Origin: Pseudomonadota bacterium
GTDB lineage: Bacteria; Pseudomonadota; Alphaproteobacteria; Rhizobiales; Xanthobacteraceae
Reading direction: 5' to 3'
Assembly (NCBI GenBank): GCA_049324435.1
Contig: JBMOOQ010000008.1
Location: forward strand, 20,072-84,071
DNA length: 64,000 nucleotides
Below are positions 36,575-46,158 of the stretch, one piece after another (the stretch's first letter is position 1; each line of letters starts with the position of its first letter). Below the pieces are notes generated by a model, which worked only from the letters and a program-made list of their open reading frames with translations, was not told where the DNA came from and searched no databases. The translations under genes were made by a program, and so were the position numbers.

Positions 36575-38512
36575 ATGAGCGCCATCGCCGGCATCCTGCG
36601 TTTCGATGACCAGCCGGTCAGCCGGCGCGAACTGGAACGCGCCGCCGCCGCGCTGCGCGCCTTCGGGCCGGATCGATCGGATGTCGCCGTAAGCGGTCCT
36701 GCGGGATTTGCTCACGCGCTGATGCGCATGACGCCGGAGGACCGTGACGACCGCCAGCCCTTCCATGGCGCTGGCGGATCGATGATCACCGCCGACCTTC
36801 GCCTCGATAATCGCGACGACATCATTGCCTGCCTTGGCCTCTCGGCCAGGGACACATCGTCCTTGCCGGACTCCCGGGTGGTACTCAAGGCCTGGGAAAC
36901 ATTCGGCGACCGCCTGTGGCCGATGCTGCGGGGCCCGTTTGCAATTGCGATCTGGGACGCGAACCGCCGCACGCTGACCCTGGCGCGCGATCAACTGGGC
37001 CTGAATGTCATCATGTGGCACCGGAGCCGGCGCTTCTTCGCGTTTGCAACCATGCCCAACGGATTGTTCGCGCTGAATGAGGTGCCCCGCCGATTGAGCG
37101 AGGAAAAGTTTGCGGACTTTCTCGTGCTCAATCATGCCGAGCACGCGACCACTATCTACAAGGACACTTTCCGCGTGCCGCCGGCGCATGTGATGAAAGT
37201 CGATGCGCATGGCAATATCACGCAGTCCCGTTACTGGTCCCCCCAGGACACGCCGCGCGTCAGATTACGGACAGATCAGGATTATGCCGACGGATTGCGC
37301 GAGCGCCTCAATCGCGCCGTCAGACGCCAGATGCGCAGTGCTTATCCGATCGGATGTCTGCTCAGCGGCGGTCTCGACTCCTCGTCGGTCGCCGCCCTCG
37401 CAGCGAGCGCGCTCGCCGAGACCGGTCAGCGTCTCGCGGCTTTCACCGGTGTACCAGGGCCGGACTTCGATGGCGCTGTTCCAGAGGGACACTATGCCGA
37501 CGAAACACCCTATGTCGATGCTATCGCAAGAACGATCGGCAATATCGACGTCACCTATGTCCATAACGATACAACCGACGATCTCGCGCAACTCGACCGG
37601 TTTTTTGTTGCGCTCGAAGGCCCGGTGCGCAATCCGACCAACCTCGGCTGGGTTCTGGCGATCCTGCGTCGCGCGCATGGCGCGAATAGACGCGTCCTGC
37701 TCGGCGGATTGCGCGGCAATTATACGATAAGCTGGACCGGCTGGTCTCAGGCCTTCGATCACCTGATGCACGGCCGCTGCATCACTGCGTTCCGTCAGTG
37801 GCATCTGTATTATCGCCGTACCCCGTATTCACGCTGGAATGCGGTGCACAAACTGTTCATCGAGCCGGCCCTCTCCCGATGGCGCTGCTCGTGGGCGGAT
37901 CGCCGTCACCATCCGCAACGCGTCGCTCCATGGCAGATGCATTCACCGATCCGGCCTGACTTTGCGGCAGCCATGGAAGTGGAGGTGCGCGCGCGGCAAT
38001 CTGGGCACGATTTTCATTATCGCGCGCACCGCGACGAACGCATCCAGGGGCTCCTTCAGGCCGACTATGCCGGCGACTGGCATGCTGCCGAAAAGGCGGT
38101 AACCGGAGTCGAGATTCGCGACCCCACGGCCGACATCGACGTCGTCTCCTATTGTCTCGGGATACCCCCCGAACAGTTTCTTGCCGAAGGCACTGACCGC
38201 TCGCTGATCCGGCGAGCGATGTGGGGTATCCTGCCTGAATGCGTGGTGACGAACCGCCTCCACGGCCTGCAGGATGCGGAATGGTATCGACGGATTGAAG
38301 GCCGCCGCGACGAGATTGCCCGTGAGATCAAGGCCCTAGCGCAGTCTCCGTTGGCACAGCGAGCGATCGATATTCCCCGGCTCGAGCGCGCCCTGTCGCA
38401 TTGGCCAAGCGATGGCTGGAATCGCGCCGAGACATTTACAGAGTACAATCTGATGCTGATGCGCGGCTTAGCTGGCGGCCGCTTCCTGCGATGGTTCGAA
38501 TCGGTGAACTGA
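36575..38512 (+). CDS. Lasso peptide cyclase (C, asparagine synthetase B homolog)
   Basis: 645 aa; N-terminal Ntn-like domain without Cys2 (MSAIAGIL), PP-loop LSGGLDSSSVAA, AsnB-like C-terminal domain. Confidence 0.8.
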   Translation: MSAIAGILRFDDQPVSRRELERAAAALRAFGPDRSDVAVSGPAGFAHALMRMTPEDRDDRQPFHGAGGSMITADLRLDNRDDIIACLGLSARDTSSLPDSRVVLKAWETFGDRLWPMLRGPFAIAIWDANRRTLTLARDQLGLNVIMWHRSRRFFAFATMPNGLFALNEVPRRLSEEKFADFLVLNHAEHATTIYKDTFRVPPAHVMKVDAHGNITQSRYWSPQDTPRVRLRTDQDYADGLRERLNRAVRRQMRSAYPIGCLLSGGLDSSSVAALAASALAETGQRLAAFTGVPGPDFDGAVPEGHYADETPYVDAIARTIGNIDVTYVHNDTTDDLAQLDRFFVALEGPVRNPTNLGWVLAILRRAHGANRRVLLGGLRGNYTISWTGWSQAFDHLMHGRCITAFRQWHLYYRRTPYSRWNAVHKLFIEPALSRWRCSWADRRHHPQRVAPWQMHSPIRPDFAAAMEVEVRARQSGHDFHYRAHRDERIQGLLQADYAGDWHAAEKAVTGVEIRDPTADIDVVSYCLGIPPEQFLAEGTDRSLIRRAMWGILPECVVTNRLHGLQDAEWYRRIEGRRDEIAREIKALAQSPLAQRAIDIPRLERALSHWPSDGWNRAETFTEYNLMLMRGLAGGRFLRWFESVN

Positions 38513-38592
38513 GAGCACATTACCATCGTAATGCATCGGTGCCGGAGTCCGAGACAGCGGTCGGTCGCGAAATGGCCTAGCAGGATGCGCCC

Positions 38593-39763
38593 GTGAAGAT
38601 CGAGCCCGATACCGAAAACTTCTACGACCGGGTACCTGTCTTCCGCGGCTTCCCGAGCGTTGTGGACGAGACACTGTATCATCCGCTGCCGCAGGATTGG
38701 GTCATTGGAGCCACAGATGTCGTGGGCTCGACACGAGCAATCCTTGAGAACCGCTACAAGGCGGTGAACATGGCCGGTGCCGCGGGCATTGCCGCCGTGG
38801 CTAATGTGCTGGGCCGCGAATTTCCGTTCGTATTCGGCGGCGACGGCGCGAGCTTCGCGGTCCCACCGTCAGGCATAGATCTGGCGCGCGACGCAATAGC
38901 GGCAACGCTGCGCTGGACGGCGGAAGAATTGGCTCTGGAGCTGCGCGGCGCCATGGTGCCGGTGCGGGAGATCAGGGCCCATGGCCTGGATGTCCGGGTC
39001 GCGCGCTTCGCGCCGTCGGACGATGTGACCTACGCGATGTTCTCCGGCGGCGGACTCGCATGGGCCGAAACCGCAATGAAACAGGGGCATTTCGCGGTAT
39101 CTCCAGCGCCGCCCGGCGCACGTCCCGATCTGACCGGCCTCTCGTGCCGCTTCGAGGAAATGCCTTCGCTGCACGGGCTCGTTCTGGCGATCTTGGTCGT
39201 CCCAGGCGATCGCGCCGATCCGCGCGCATTCCGCCGGGAAGTGCAGGAACTCGTGCTGCTTGCCGAGCGGAAAGGCCATGCCCCTGTCCCAGCAAATGGC
39301 CCGGACTTCCGCTGGCCGCCTCAGGGCATCGATCTCGAGGCGCGCGCGTCCTCCCGCGGCGACGTGCCGCTGCTGCTTCGGCGCGGCGCTGTTCAGGACA
39401 GCGCTCTATTATCTCATTTTCCGGTTCCGCGTGCGCGTCGGACCGTTTATCCCCGCAGTCTATCTGAAGCAGGTCGTGGCGAATTCCGACCACCGCAAAT
39501 TCGATGACGCATTGCGCATGATCATTGACTGCAACTCTGACCTGGCGGAGGAGATTGAACAAAAGCTCAAAGCAGCTGCACGGAAAGGAATTTTGCGCTT
39601 TGGCCTTCATCGTGAACGGGCCGCAATGATGACTTGCTTCACGCCATTTCCGGCGCATTCAGATCACATGCATTTCATCGATGGCGCGGCCGGCGGATAT
39701 GCGCTTGCCGCAGCCGCGCTGAAAACCGGCGCAGCGGGCACATCCAAGACAGGCACGACCTGA
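38593..39763 (+). pseudogene. DUF3095-like protein (tentative family call) with apparent +/-1 frameshift near 39385-39400
   Basis: Frame 1 reads YKAVNMAGAAGIAAVANVLGREFPFVFGGDGASFAVPP to 39507 with a junk-like tail. Frame 2 continues protein-like from ~39390 (YLKQVVANSDHRKFDDALRMIIDCNSDLAEEIEQKLKAAARKGILRFGLHRE...HMHFIDGAAGGY) to stop 39761-39763. Combined ~390 aa. Confidence 0.4.
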
Positions 39764-41019
39764 TGGCAGGCAACCTTCCGATCGACAGCAAAAGGCTGTG
39801 GGACGATCTCATGCAGCTTGCCGAGATCACCGATCCCGGCAAGCCCTACACCCGCCGCTCATTCTCGCCGCTATTCGACAAGGGGCGGGCTTGGCTGCAG
39901 CGGCGCTTCGAAGATGCAGGTTTGACGATCCGTACCGATGCCGCCGGCAACCTGATCGGCCGCCGCGAGGGCACCGAGTCTAATGCCGGAACGATCCTGA
40001 TCGGCTCGCATTCCGATACGGTGCCGTCCGGCGGACGCTTTGATGGGCCGGCCGGCGTGCTCGCGGCGCTCGAAATCGTCCGTTCACTAGGCGAATCCGG
40101 TATCGCATTGCGCCACAACGTCGAGGTCATCGATTTTCTCGCCGAGGAACCAAGTGAATTCGGCCTGTCCTGCATCGGCAGCCGCGGCATGGCCGGCGTG
40201 CTGGACGAACGGATGCTGGCCTATACCGAACCGTCCGGCGAAGCGCTGTCACACGCGATCGATCGTGTCGGCGGCAATGTCGCCGCGCTCGCAGGCGCCA
40301 AACGTAACGACATCGCCGCGTTTTTCGAGCTGCATATCGAACAAGGCCTTGTGCTGCAGGAAGGCAAGATCGATGTCGGCATCGTTACCGCCATCGTCGG
40401 CATCACGCGCATCGAGGTCATCTTCAAGGGTTCGGCCGATCATGCCGGCACCACGCCGATGCATCTTCGCCGCGACGCCTTCACGCCCGCGGCAAAGACT
40501 GCAGTCTTTGTCGATCGCATTGCCCGTGAACTCGTTGCGCGCAACGACGGATTGTTCGTCGCGACAATCGGCATCGTAACGGTAGCACCGGGCGCGTCCA
40601 ATGTCGTGCCGCAGGAGGCTCGCATTGTGATCGACGCACGCTCCGAAAACCGCACATTGATGGACGAATTTCTCGCGCGCCTCGATGCGGAGACCGCCAT
40701 ATTTGCCGACCAAAGCCGCACACAACGCGCGTCATTCATACGCCTCTCCGATACCGATCCGACCGCCTGCGATCCAGGCCTGCGGAGTTTGCTTGCAGAC
40801 AGCGCCAACGCGCTTGGTTTCAGCCATATCGATATTGCGTCGGGTGCGGGGCATGACGCCGCCTTCGTCGCCCGCATCGCGCCTTCGGCCATGCTGTTCA
40901 TCCCGTGTCGTGACGGCAAGAGTCACGCGCCGGAGGAATGGGCCGAGCCGGATGCGATCGCAGCCGGCGCAGCCGTCATCGCCGAAGCCGTGCTGCGCTT
41001 CGACCGCAGTAGACCGTAA
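39763..41019 (+). CDS. M20-family Zn amidohydrolase (allantoate amidohydrolase / N-carbamoyl-amino-acid hydrolase-like)
   Basis: ATG 39763 overlaps upstream TGA (TGATG); M20 motifs GSHSDTVPSGGRFDG, dimerisation-domain pattern. Confidence 0.75.
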   Translation: MAGNLPIDSKRLWDDLMQLAEITDPGKPYTRRSFSPLFDKGRAWLQRRFEDAGLTIRTDAAGNLIGRREGTESNAGTILIGSHSDTVPSGGRFDGPAGVLAALEIVRSLGESGIALRHNVEVIDFLAEEPSEFGLSCIGSRGMAGVLDERMLAYTEPSGEALSHAIDRVGGNVAALAGAKRNDIAAFFELHIEQGLVLQEGKIDVGIVTAIVGITRIEVIFKGSADHAGTTPMHLRRDAFTPAAKTAVFVDRIARELVARNDGLFVATIGIVTVAPGASNVVPQEARIVIDARSENRTLMDEFLARLDAETAIFADQSRTQRASFIRLSDTDPTACDPGLRSLLADSANALGFSHIDIASGAGHDAAFVARIAPSAMLFIPCRDGKSHAPEEWAEPDAIAAGAAVIAEAVLRFDRSRP

Positions 41020-41031
41020 CGTCCAGCAGCT

Positions 41032-42363
41032 TTACAGAGTTACGACGTTCCGACGCTCATCCCGGCTATAGACCAGCCGGCCTGCGACATAGGTCGCCTG
41101 GATGGCTCGGTCGTCGCCAAGCATCATCTGTATGAACAATGCCTCGTCGAAATCCTTGGCGAACTGCATGCGATAGTCGATCAGGGGTGTCGATTTCATA
41201 TCGAGGACGACGATATCTGCTTCCATCCCGGGAGCGATGCTCCCGATCCTGTCGTCGAGATACATGGCGTGGGCGGTGCCGCGGGTCGCGAGATAATACG
41301 CATGTCTTGCCGACAATGCATGGCCGTTCAACTGCGCGGCCTTGTAGGCCTCGTTCAATGTTGCGAGGATCGAAAACGATGTACCTGCGCCGATGTCGGT
41401 TCCAATTCCGACGCGGACCGGACGATCCTGCCGCATCGTCCGGGAGATGTCGAAGAAGCCGCTGCCGAGAAAGAAGTTTGAGGTCGGGCAATGCGCGATG
41501 GCCGAGCCGGTTCTGTGCATCACCTGCAGCTCGGCTTCGGTCAAATACACGCCATGTCCGAAAACTGAACGCGGCCGGCATAAAGCGTAATGATCATATA
41601 CATCCAGGTAGCCCTCGCGTTCGGGGAACAATTCTCTGACCCAGGCTACTTCACGTTTGTTCTCGGACACGTGTGTCTGCATGAAGCAATCGGGATGTTC
41701 GCGGCATAGGGCGCCGGTCATCGCCAACTGCTCACGCGAACTGGTCGCGGCGAAGCGCGGCGTAATGGCATACATGAGCCGGCCGCGATCATGCCATTTC
41801 GCGATCAGCGCCTTGGACTCGTCGTATCCCCGCTGCGGCGTATCGCGCAGATAATCGGGCGCGTTGCGATCCATCATGACCTTGCCGGCCGCAAGCCGCA
41901 TGCCGAGCGCTTCGGCCTCCTCGAACAGAGCGTCGACCGATTGCGGATAGACGGTGCAGTAGACGCAGGCTGTAGTGACCCCGTTTCTCAACAACTCGCG
42001 CAGGAACACTTTGGCGACGCTGCGGGCAAACTCCTTGTCGGAGTACTGACGCTCCACCGGAAAAGTGTAAGTATTCAGCCAGTCGAGCAATTGTTCTCCG
42101 AAAGCGGCCATCATCGGAGTCTGCGGATAATGCACATGACTGTCGATGAAGCCTGCGGAAATAAGGGAATCCTTTCCGTAATTCTTAATGGCGGTTCCGG
42201 GCGGCAGCAGCGGCTCGATCGCACCGGCCGGGCCGAAATGCGTCACGACTCCGCCTTCCATCGCAACGATGGCGTCGGGCTCATAAGTCATAGTGCTGTC
42301 AAGGCCATGCCTGAACGGATCGCCCGAATAGGTGAGCACGGGCCCGCGAATCGCTATGAGCAT
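41032..42363 (-). CDS. Guanine deaminase-like amidohydrolase
   Basis: Amidohydrolase metal site GFIDSHVHYPQ, HxH/His/Asp pattern typical of guanine deaminase. Confidence 0.75.
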   Translation of the reverse strand: MLIAIRGPVLTYSGDPFRHGLDSTMTYEPDAIVAMEGGVVTHFGPAGAIEPLLPPGTAIKNYGKDSLISAGFIDSHVHYPQTPMMAAFGEQLLDWLNTYTFPVERQYSDKEFARSVAKVFLRELLRNGVTTACVYCTVYPQSVDALFEEAEALGMRLAAGKVMMDRNAPDYLRDTPQRGYDESKALIAKWHDRGRLMYAITPRFAATSSREQLAMTGALCREHPDCFMQTHVSENKREVAWVRELFPEREGYLDVYDHYALCRPRSVFGHGVYLTEAELQVMHRTGSAIAHCPTSNFFLGSGFFDISRTMRQDRPVRVGIGTDIGAGTSFSILATLNEAYKAAQLNGHALSARHAYYLATRGTAHAMYLDDRIGSIAPGMEADIVVLDMKSTPLIDYRMQFAKDFDEALFIQMMLGDDRAIQATYVAGRLVYSRDERRNVVTL

Positions 42364-42457
42364 TCAGTCCCTCCGGGGCAGCAGCCTTCACCCTACCACC
42401 CCGCGGGTCAATAACGCCTGACACGGGCAGTGCCGCGCCTGCAGCCGCTACCACCGC

Positions 42458-42976
42458 CTATTTTGACAGTGTCTGTGCCAGGCGCCTAAACGACTGCAAC
42501 TGATCCGGTTTCAATTCCCGGTTTGCGTCGCGACCGACGAAGATCTTGAACATAATCGTCCCGTCACGATTGAAAAACAGAATGGACGCCGAATGGCGTC
42601 CCATGAATGGGCGCTCGACGAAGGCGATCTCGGCGCAGCGCTCATGGCGGATGTGGCCGTGGAAGCCGGTCGTACCGGGTATGTTATAATAGCCGCGCGA
42701 GACCTGGCCGGCCGGGATCGGACCGCCAAATTCCATGATTCCGTCATCGGTATGCACGATGAGAGTCACGTCGCCCCACCGGGCGACTTCGTTCATCACC
42801 TCGACAAAATGCGCTCCACCGGCGAAGGTCCGGAAGGCCGCAGGCAGAGCATGAACCACCTCCCTGGGGGTGACGCCGGCTTCCTGAGCGAAGTGCTCGA
42901 CAATCACATCCGGATGCTTGGCGAGATGATCGGCAAGCATCGTCACAGATGGGGCGCTCATGTTCCGGCTAGCCAT
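42458..42976 (-). CDS. ChuX/HutX-like haem utilisation protein
   Basis: ~170 aa, haem-carrier ChuX-like pattern; start uncertain (ATG 42976, 42961 or 42997); the most upstream start would overlap hmuQ. Confidence 0.65.
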   Translation of the reverse strand: MASRNMSAPSVTMLADHLAKHPDVIVEHFAQEAGVTPREVVHALPAAFRTFAGGAHFVEVMNEVARWGDVTLIVHTDDGIMEFGGPIPAGQVSRGYYNIPGTTGFHGHIRHERCAEIAFVERPFMGRHSASILFFNRDGTIMFKIFVGRDANRELKPDQLQSFRRLAQTLSK

Positions 42977-42981
42977 CCATC

Positions 42982-43317
42982 TCAAGCCGCGTCGCACGAC
43001 CGGGTGACCGTTTGCCGAACCTCGAATCCTTCAAATTTTGGGTGCTCCAGGTACAGCGACGATGTCGTCGAGTCCCCGGCGCGCGAGTGAGCTTTTCTGA
43101 ACTCTTCCGACCTGGTCCAGGCCTCGAACGTCTCGCGGCTTTGCCAGACAGTGTGCGACGAATAGAGTGTATGGTCGTCCGCTTCCGGCCCCTTCAGAAG
43201 ATGGAACTCGACGAATCCCGGCATTCGGTCGAGATAGGAATCACGCGAGGTCCAGACGCGCTCAAACTCCGCTTCCGATCCCTTTTTCACCTTGAACCGG
43301 TTCATGGCGATGAACAT
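42982..43317 (-). CDS. hmuQ: IsdG/ABM-family haem-degrading monooxygenase (HmuQ-like)
   Basis: Start at ATG 43317 (MFIAMNRFKVKKGSEAEFERVW, RBS AAAGGAGAGG); ABM-domain fold pattern; located between hmuR and chuX-like gene. Confidence 0.65.
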   Translation of the reverse strand: MFIAMNRFKVKKGSEAEFERVWTSRDSYLDRMPGFVEFHLLKGPEADDHTLYSSHTVWQSRETFEAWTRSEEFRKAHSRAGDSTTSSLYLEHPKFEGFEVRQTVTRSCDAA

Positions 43318-43384
43318 CGTTTCCTCTCCTTTGTGGCAACCAAGGATCCGCCGCGGGACGCGGCGGTCCCCGTCCGTCGCGTCG

Positions 43385-45721
43385 TTACAGGGCACTGAAC
43401 CGAACGCGCATGGAGCCCTTGTAGACGATACCCGGAGGCGGCGCAGCCCACAGCACGTCGTTCTGCGTCGAACCGTCCGAGGCCCCTTTCGGGATGGCAT
43501 AAGGACGATAATAGGAGTTCAGGACGTTATCGACGGTGAAGCCAAAGGTGAGGTCCTTGACCGGCTCGTAGGTCAAAAACAGATTCACCAGATCGTATGA
43601 CGTGCTGGGCAAGTAGTTCGCCGGCACGTGGGTGTTCGCAGCCGCCGACGTCCAATTGCCTCCGATCGTCAATTTCTTGTCGAGCAGACGCACGCCGGCC
43701 GTGGTCACGATCTTGTTCGGTTGAATGGTCGCAAGACCTTCGCCGGTGACATCGTTGTAGCCCCGCTGGATCTGACCGGAAACGCCAAGGAACCACCCTC
43801 CCGCATCGTACATCGTCTCGGCTTCGAAGCCCTGGATATGTGCTCTGTTGATGTTTTGATACTGATAGAACTGGCTGCCAGTTATCGGCACAAATATAAA
43901 AGGAGGTGGATTCGGATTCACCTGCACCATCACGGTAACCGGCGGCGAGGCGACAAGTTCGATGTAATCCTCGAGATTGTTGCGGAAGGCACTGAATTTG
44001 CCGCGGAACGAGTCGCCGGTCGTGAAGATATTATCGAATTTCAGATTGAGGCCGACCTCGCTGTTCTTGCCGACCTCTGGCCGGAGATTGGGATTCGGCA
44101 GGAAACAGAACAATCCCCCGCCGCCGCCCGGACAATTGAAAATGACCGGGCCGCCACCGGTGGCGTGCGCGCCCGCAATAAGCGTCTCGGTAATCGAGGG
44201 AGCACGATAGCCCTCGGCGTAGCTGACATAGGGCGTGATGCCCTTGACCGGCGTGACACCGACCGTAACTTTCGGAGACAGCCTGCTTCCTGATGCCGAA
44301 TTGTTATTGCTCTCCAAGCTGTAATTATCATAGCGCGCAGCGCTCACCACTTCGAGCCAGCTCGAATAATTGGCCTTCCACTGCACGAACGCGCCGGACA
44401 CAGTACGGATGCCGCCGGGCGTGGTAACATTGGAATTGCCCGACGCGTCGGACGTTGTGACATCGTCCTGAAACATGTCGCCGCCAAACGTCACCGCGTT
44501 CCGCCACTCACCGAAATTAAAGCGCGTTGTGTTGTTGGCATCGAACCCGAGCGTCTCCAGCACATAGGAACGCTTGTCGCCCACGCAGCCGGAAACATTG
44601 TTACCCGGCGTGGTGCAGACGCCGGCCTGAGCGGTGTTGCTCAAATGTGCGATCTTGGTCTGATCGCTGCTGGTCCTGTTGGAATATGCGCTCACGTCCC
44701 AGTTGAAGATGTTGTCGTCCGGCCGGTAGTATTTCCACCGGATCGTCGCCGTCGTGTTGTGCAAGTCGGTGGCATACACTGACGAACCTTGATTCAGCGC
44801 GCGTTGTGCCGCCGTTGTGGTCGGTCCGCGGTTGTACTGACCGATATTGAAGAGATTCTCCTGAAGGATCATGCCGAGCTTGATCTCGTGACCGTCGGCC
44901 GGACGGAAAGTGCCCTTCGCCATACCGGTCGAGACGTGATTGCCGGTATTGGAGATAACGTTATCGTCGCCATCCTTGTAATTGCTTTGCATCCGGTGCG
45001 TGGCGCCGAAAATGAAGTCGACGTTGGGATTGCCGCGCACGGCGGTGAAGGCGGACGCCATGCCGCGTCCGGAATTTGAGCCGAGCATCCCGCCAAAGGC
45101 GGTCGCAATACGCTCGTTTGGCTTGAGGATGTCTTCGACGTCCTTGGTACGGAACGATACAACACCACCAATGGCGCCCGACCCGTAGATGTTCGCAGTC
45201 GGCCCTCTAATTACCTCGACGCCGCCGATCAGCTCAGGATCGAGGTAGAAGCCGCCATTCGCATTGTGGCCGGTGCGCTGATAGTTCTGGCGCGCGCCGT
45301 CCACATTAACCGCAACCCGGCCAAAATCCTGCAGACCGCGAATGTTGATCGAGGTTTCCGGGGTATCGCCGCGCTCCTGGAAGGACACGCCGGGCACATT
45401 GTAGAAGATGTCGGACAGGCGTTTCGGATCGATGCGGTTTATGTTTTCCAGCGTGATCACGCTGATTGGCGCAAGCACATCGATCGCGGCCTGCTGGGTT
45501 TGCACGTTTTCCAGTAATACCGGATCCTGCTGCTGTCCCGACGGAGCTGCACTCTGGGTTGAAACCGCCCGCGGCTTGCGCCCCATGCTGGTGACGGTAA
45601 TCGTCTCGAGCACTTGCTGTGCGACCGCAGTGAAGGACCAAACAGATGCAAGACCCAGTATGGATACACCGAGCAGCAACCGCTGACGGTTGACGCGACG
45701 TTGCGACATTACAGCCCCCAA
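43385..45721 (-). CDS. hmuR: TonB-dependent haem/haemoglobin outer-membrane receptor
   Basis: Signal peptide, TonB box region, plug + 22-strand barrel length; haem-receptor motifs YRAPSITE (FRAP-like) and NPNLRPE (NPNL). Confidence 0.85.
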   Translation of the reverse strand: MGAVMSQRRVNRQRLLLGVSILGLASVWSFTAVAQQVLETITVTSMGRKPRAVSTQSAAPSGQQQDPVLLENVQTQQAAIDVLAPISVITLENINRIDPKRLSDIFYNVPGVSFQERGDTPETSINIRGLQDFGRVAVNVDGARQNYQRTGHNANGGFYLDPELIGGVEVIRGPTANIYGSGAIGGVVSFRTKDVEDILKPNERIATAFGGMLGSNSGRGMASAFTAVRGNPNVDFIFGATHRMQSNYKDGDDNVISNTGNHVSTGMAKGTFRPADGHEIKLGMILQENLFNIGQYNRGPTTTAAQRALNQGSSVYATDLHNTTATIRWKYYRPDDNIFNWDVSAYSNRTSSDQTKIAHLSNTAQAGVCTTPGNNVSGCVGDKRSYVLETLGFDANNTTRFNFGEWRNAVTFGGDMFQDDVTTSDASGNSNVTTPGGIRTVSGAFVQWKANYSSWLEVVSAARYDNYSLESNNNSASGSRLSPKVTVGVTPVKGITPYVSYAEGYRAPSITETLIAGAHATGGGPVIFNCPGGGGGLFCFLPNPNLRPEVGKNSEVGLNLKFDNIFTTGDSFRGKFSAFRNNLEDYIELVASPPVTVMVQVNPNPPPFIFVPITGSQFYQYQNINRAHIQGFEAETMYDAGGWFLGVSGQIQRGYNDVTGEGLATIQPNKIVTTAGVRLLDKKLTIGGNWTSAAANTHVPANYLPSTSYDLVNLFLTYEPVKDLTFGFTVDNVLNSYYRPYAIPKGASDGSTQNDVLWAAPPPGIVYKGSMRVRFSAL

Positions 45722-45803
45722 AGTTATCTCTTAGTGTTCTGGGCTGGCTGGCACTTGCGTCGACAGAAGTGCTTGCTGGCTTATCGGACTCGACCGACGT
45801 TCA

Positions 45804-45825
45804 AATTTCGTATTCTAGCGAAATT
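45804..45825. promoter_or_regulatory. Perfect inverted repeat AATTTCG-N8-CGAAATT in the hmuR/hmuP divergent promoter; candidate iron-regulator (Irr/ICE-like) operator
   Basis: AT-rich palindrome in the 188-bp divergent intergenic region of the haem-uptake locus. Confidence 0.35.
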
Positions 45826-45936
45826 TCTGGGTCAACCGAGCAAGACCGCTATCTTTTAAACTGCTTCTAAGAAGGATGGCATCCCTGTACGAATTCCAAA
45901 TCATATGCGGTGACAGCGCTTCTCATATCTTCGAAA

Positions 45937-46158
45937 ATGTCAGCGACCATGCGACAGCAGATCAATAATGCAATGAAAATGGAAGACGGACGCGCCGCTG
46001 CCGTATCGATCTCGGTCGAGCGCGCGATCACGATGGCAGATAACAGTATCGATTCGCGCGATATCTTTGTGGGCACACGGGAAGTGACAATCACCCACGG
46101 CGGCGAGCGCTATCGTCTCAGATTGACCGCTCAGAACAAGTTGATCCTGACAAAATGA
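45937..46158 (+). CDS. hmuP: HemP/HmuP haemin-uptake small protein
   Basis: C-terminal HemP signature GGERYRLRLTAQNKLILTK; start uncertain (ATG 45937 or GTG 45910). Confidence 0.7.
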   Translation: MSATMRQQINNAMKMEDGRAAAVSISVERAITMADNSIDSRDIFVGTREVTITHGGERYRLRLTAQNKLILTK

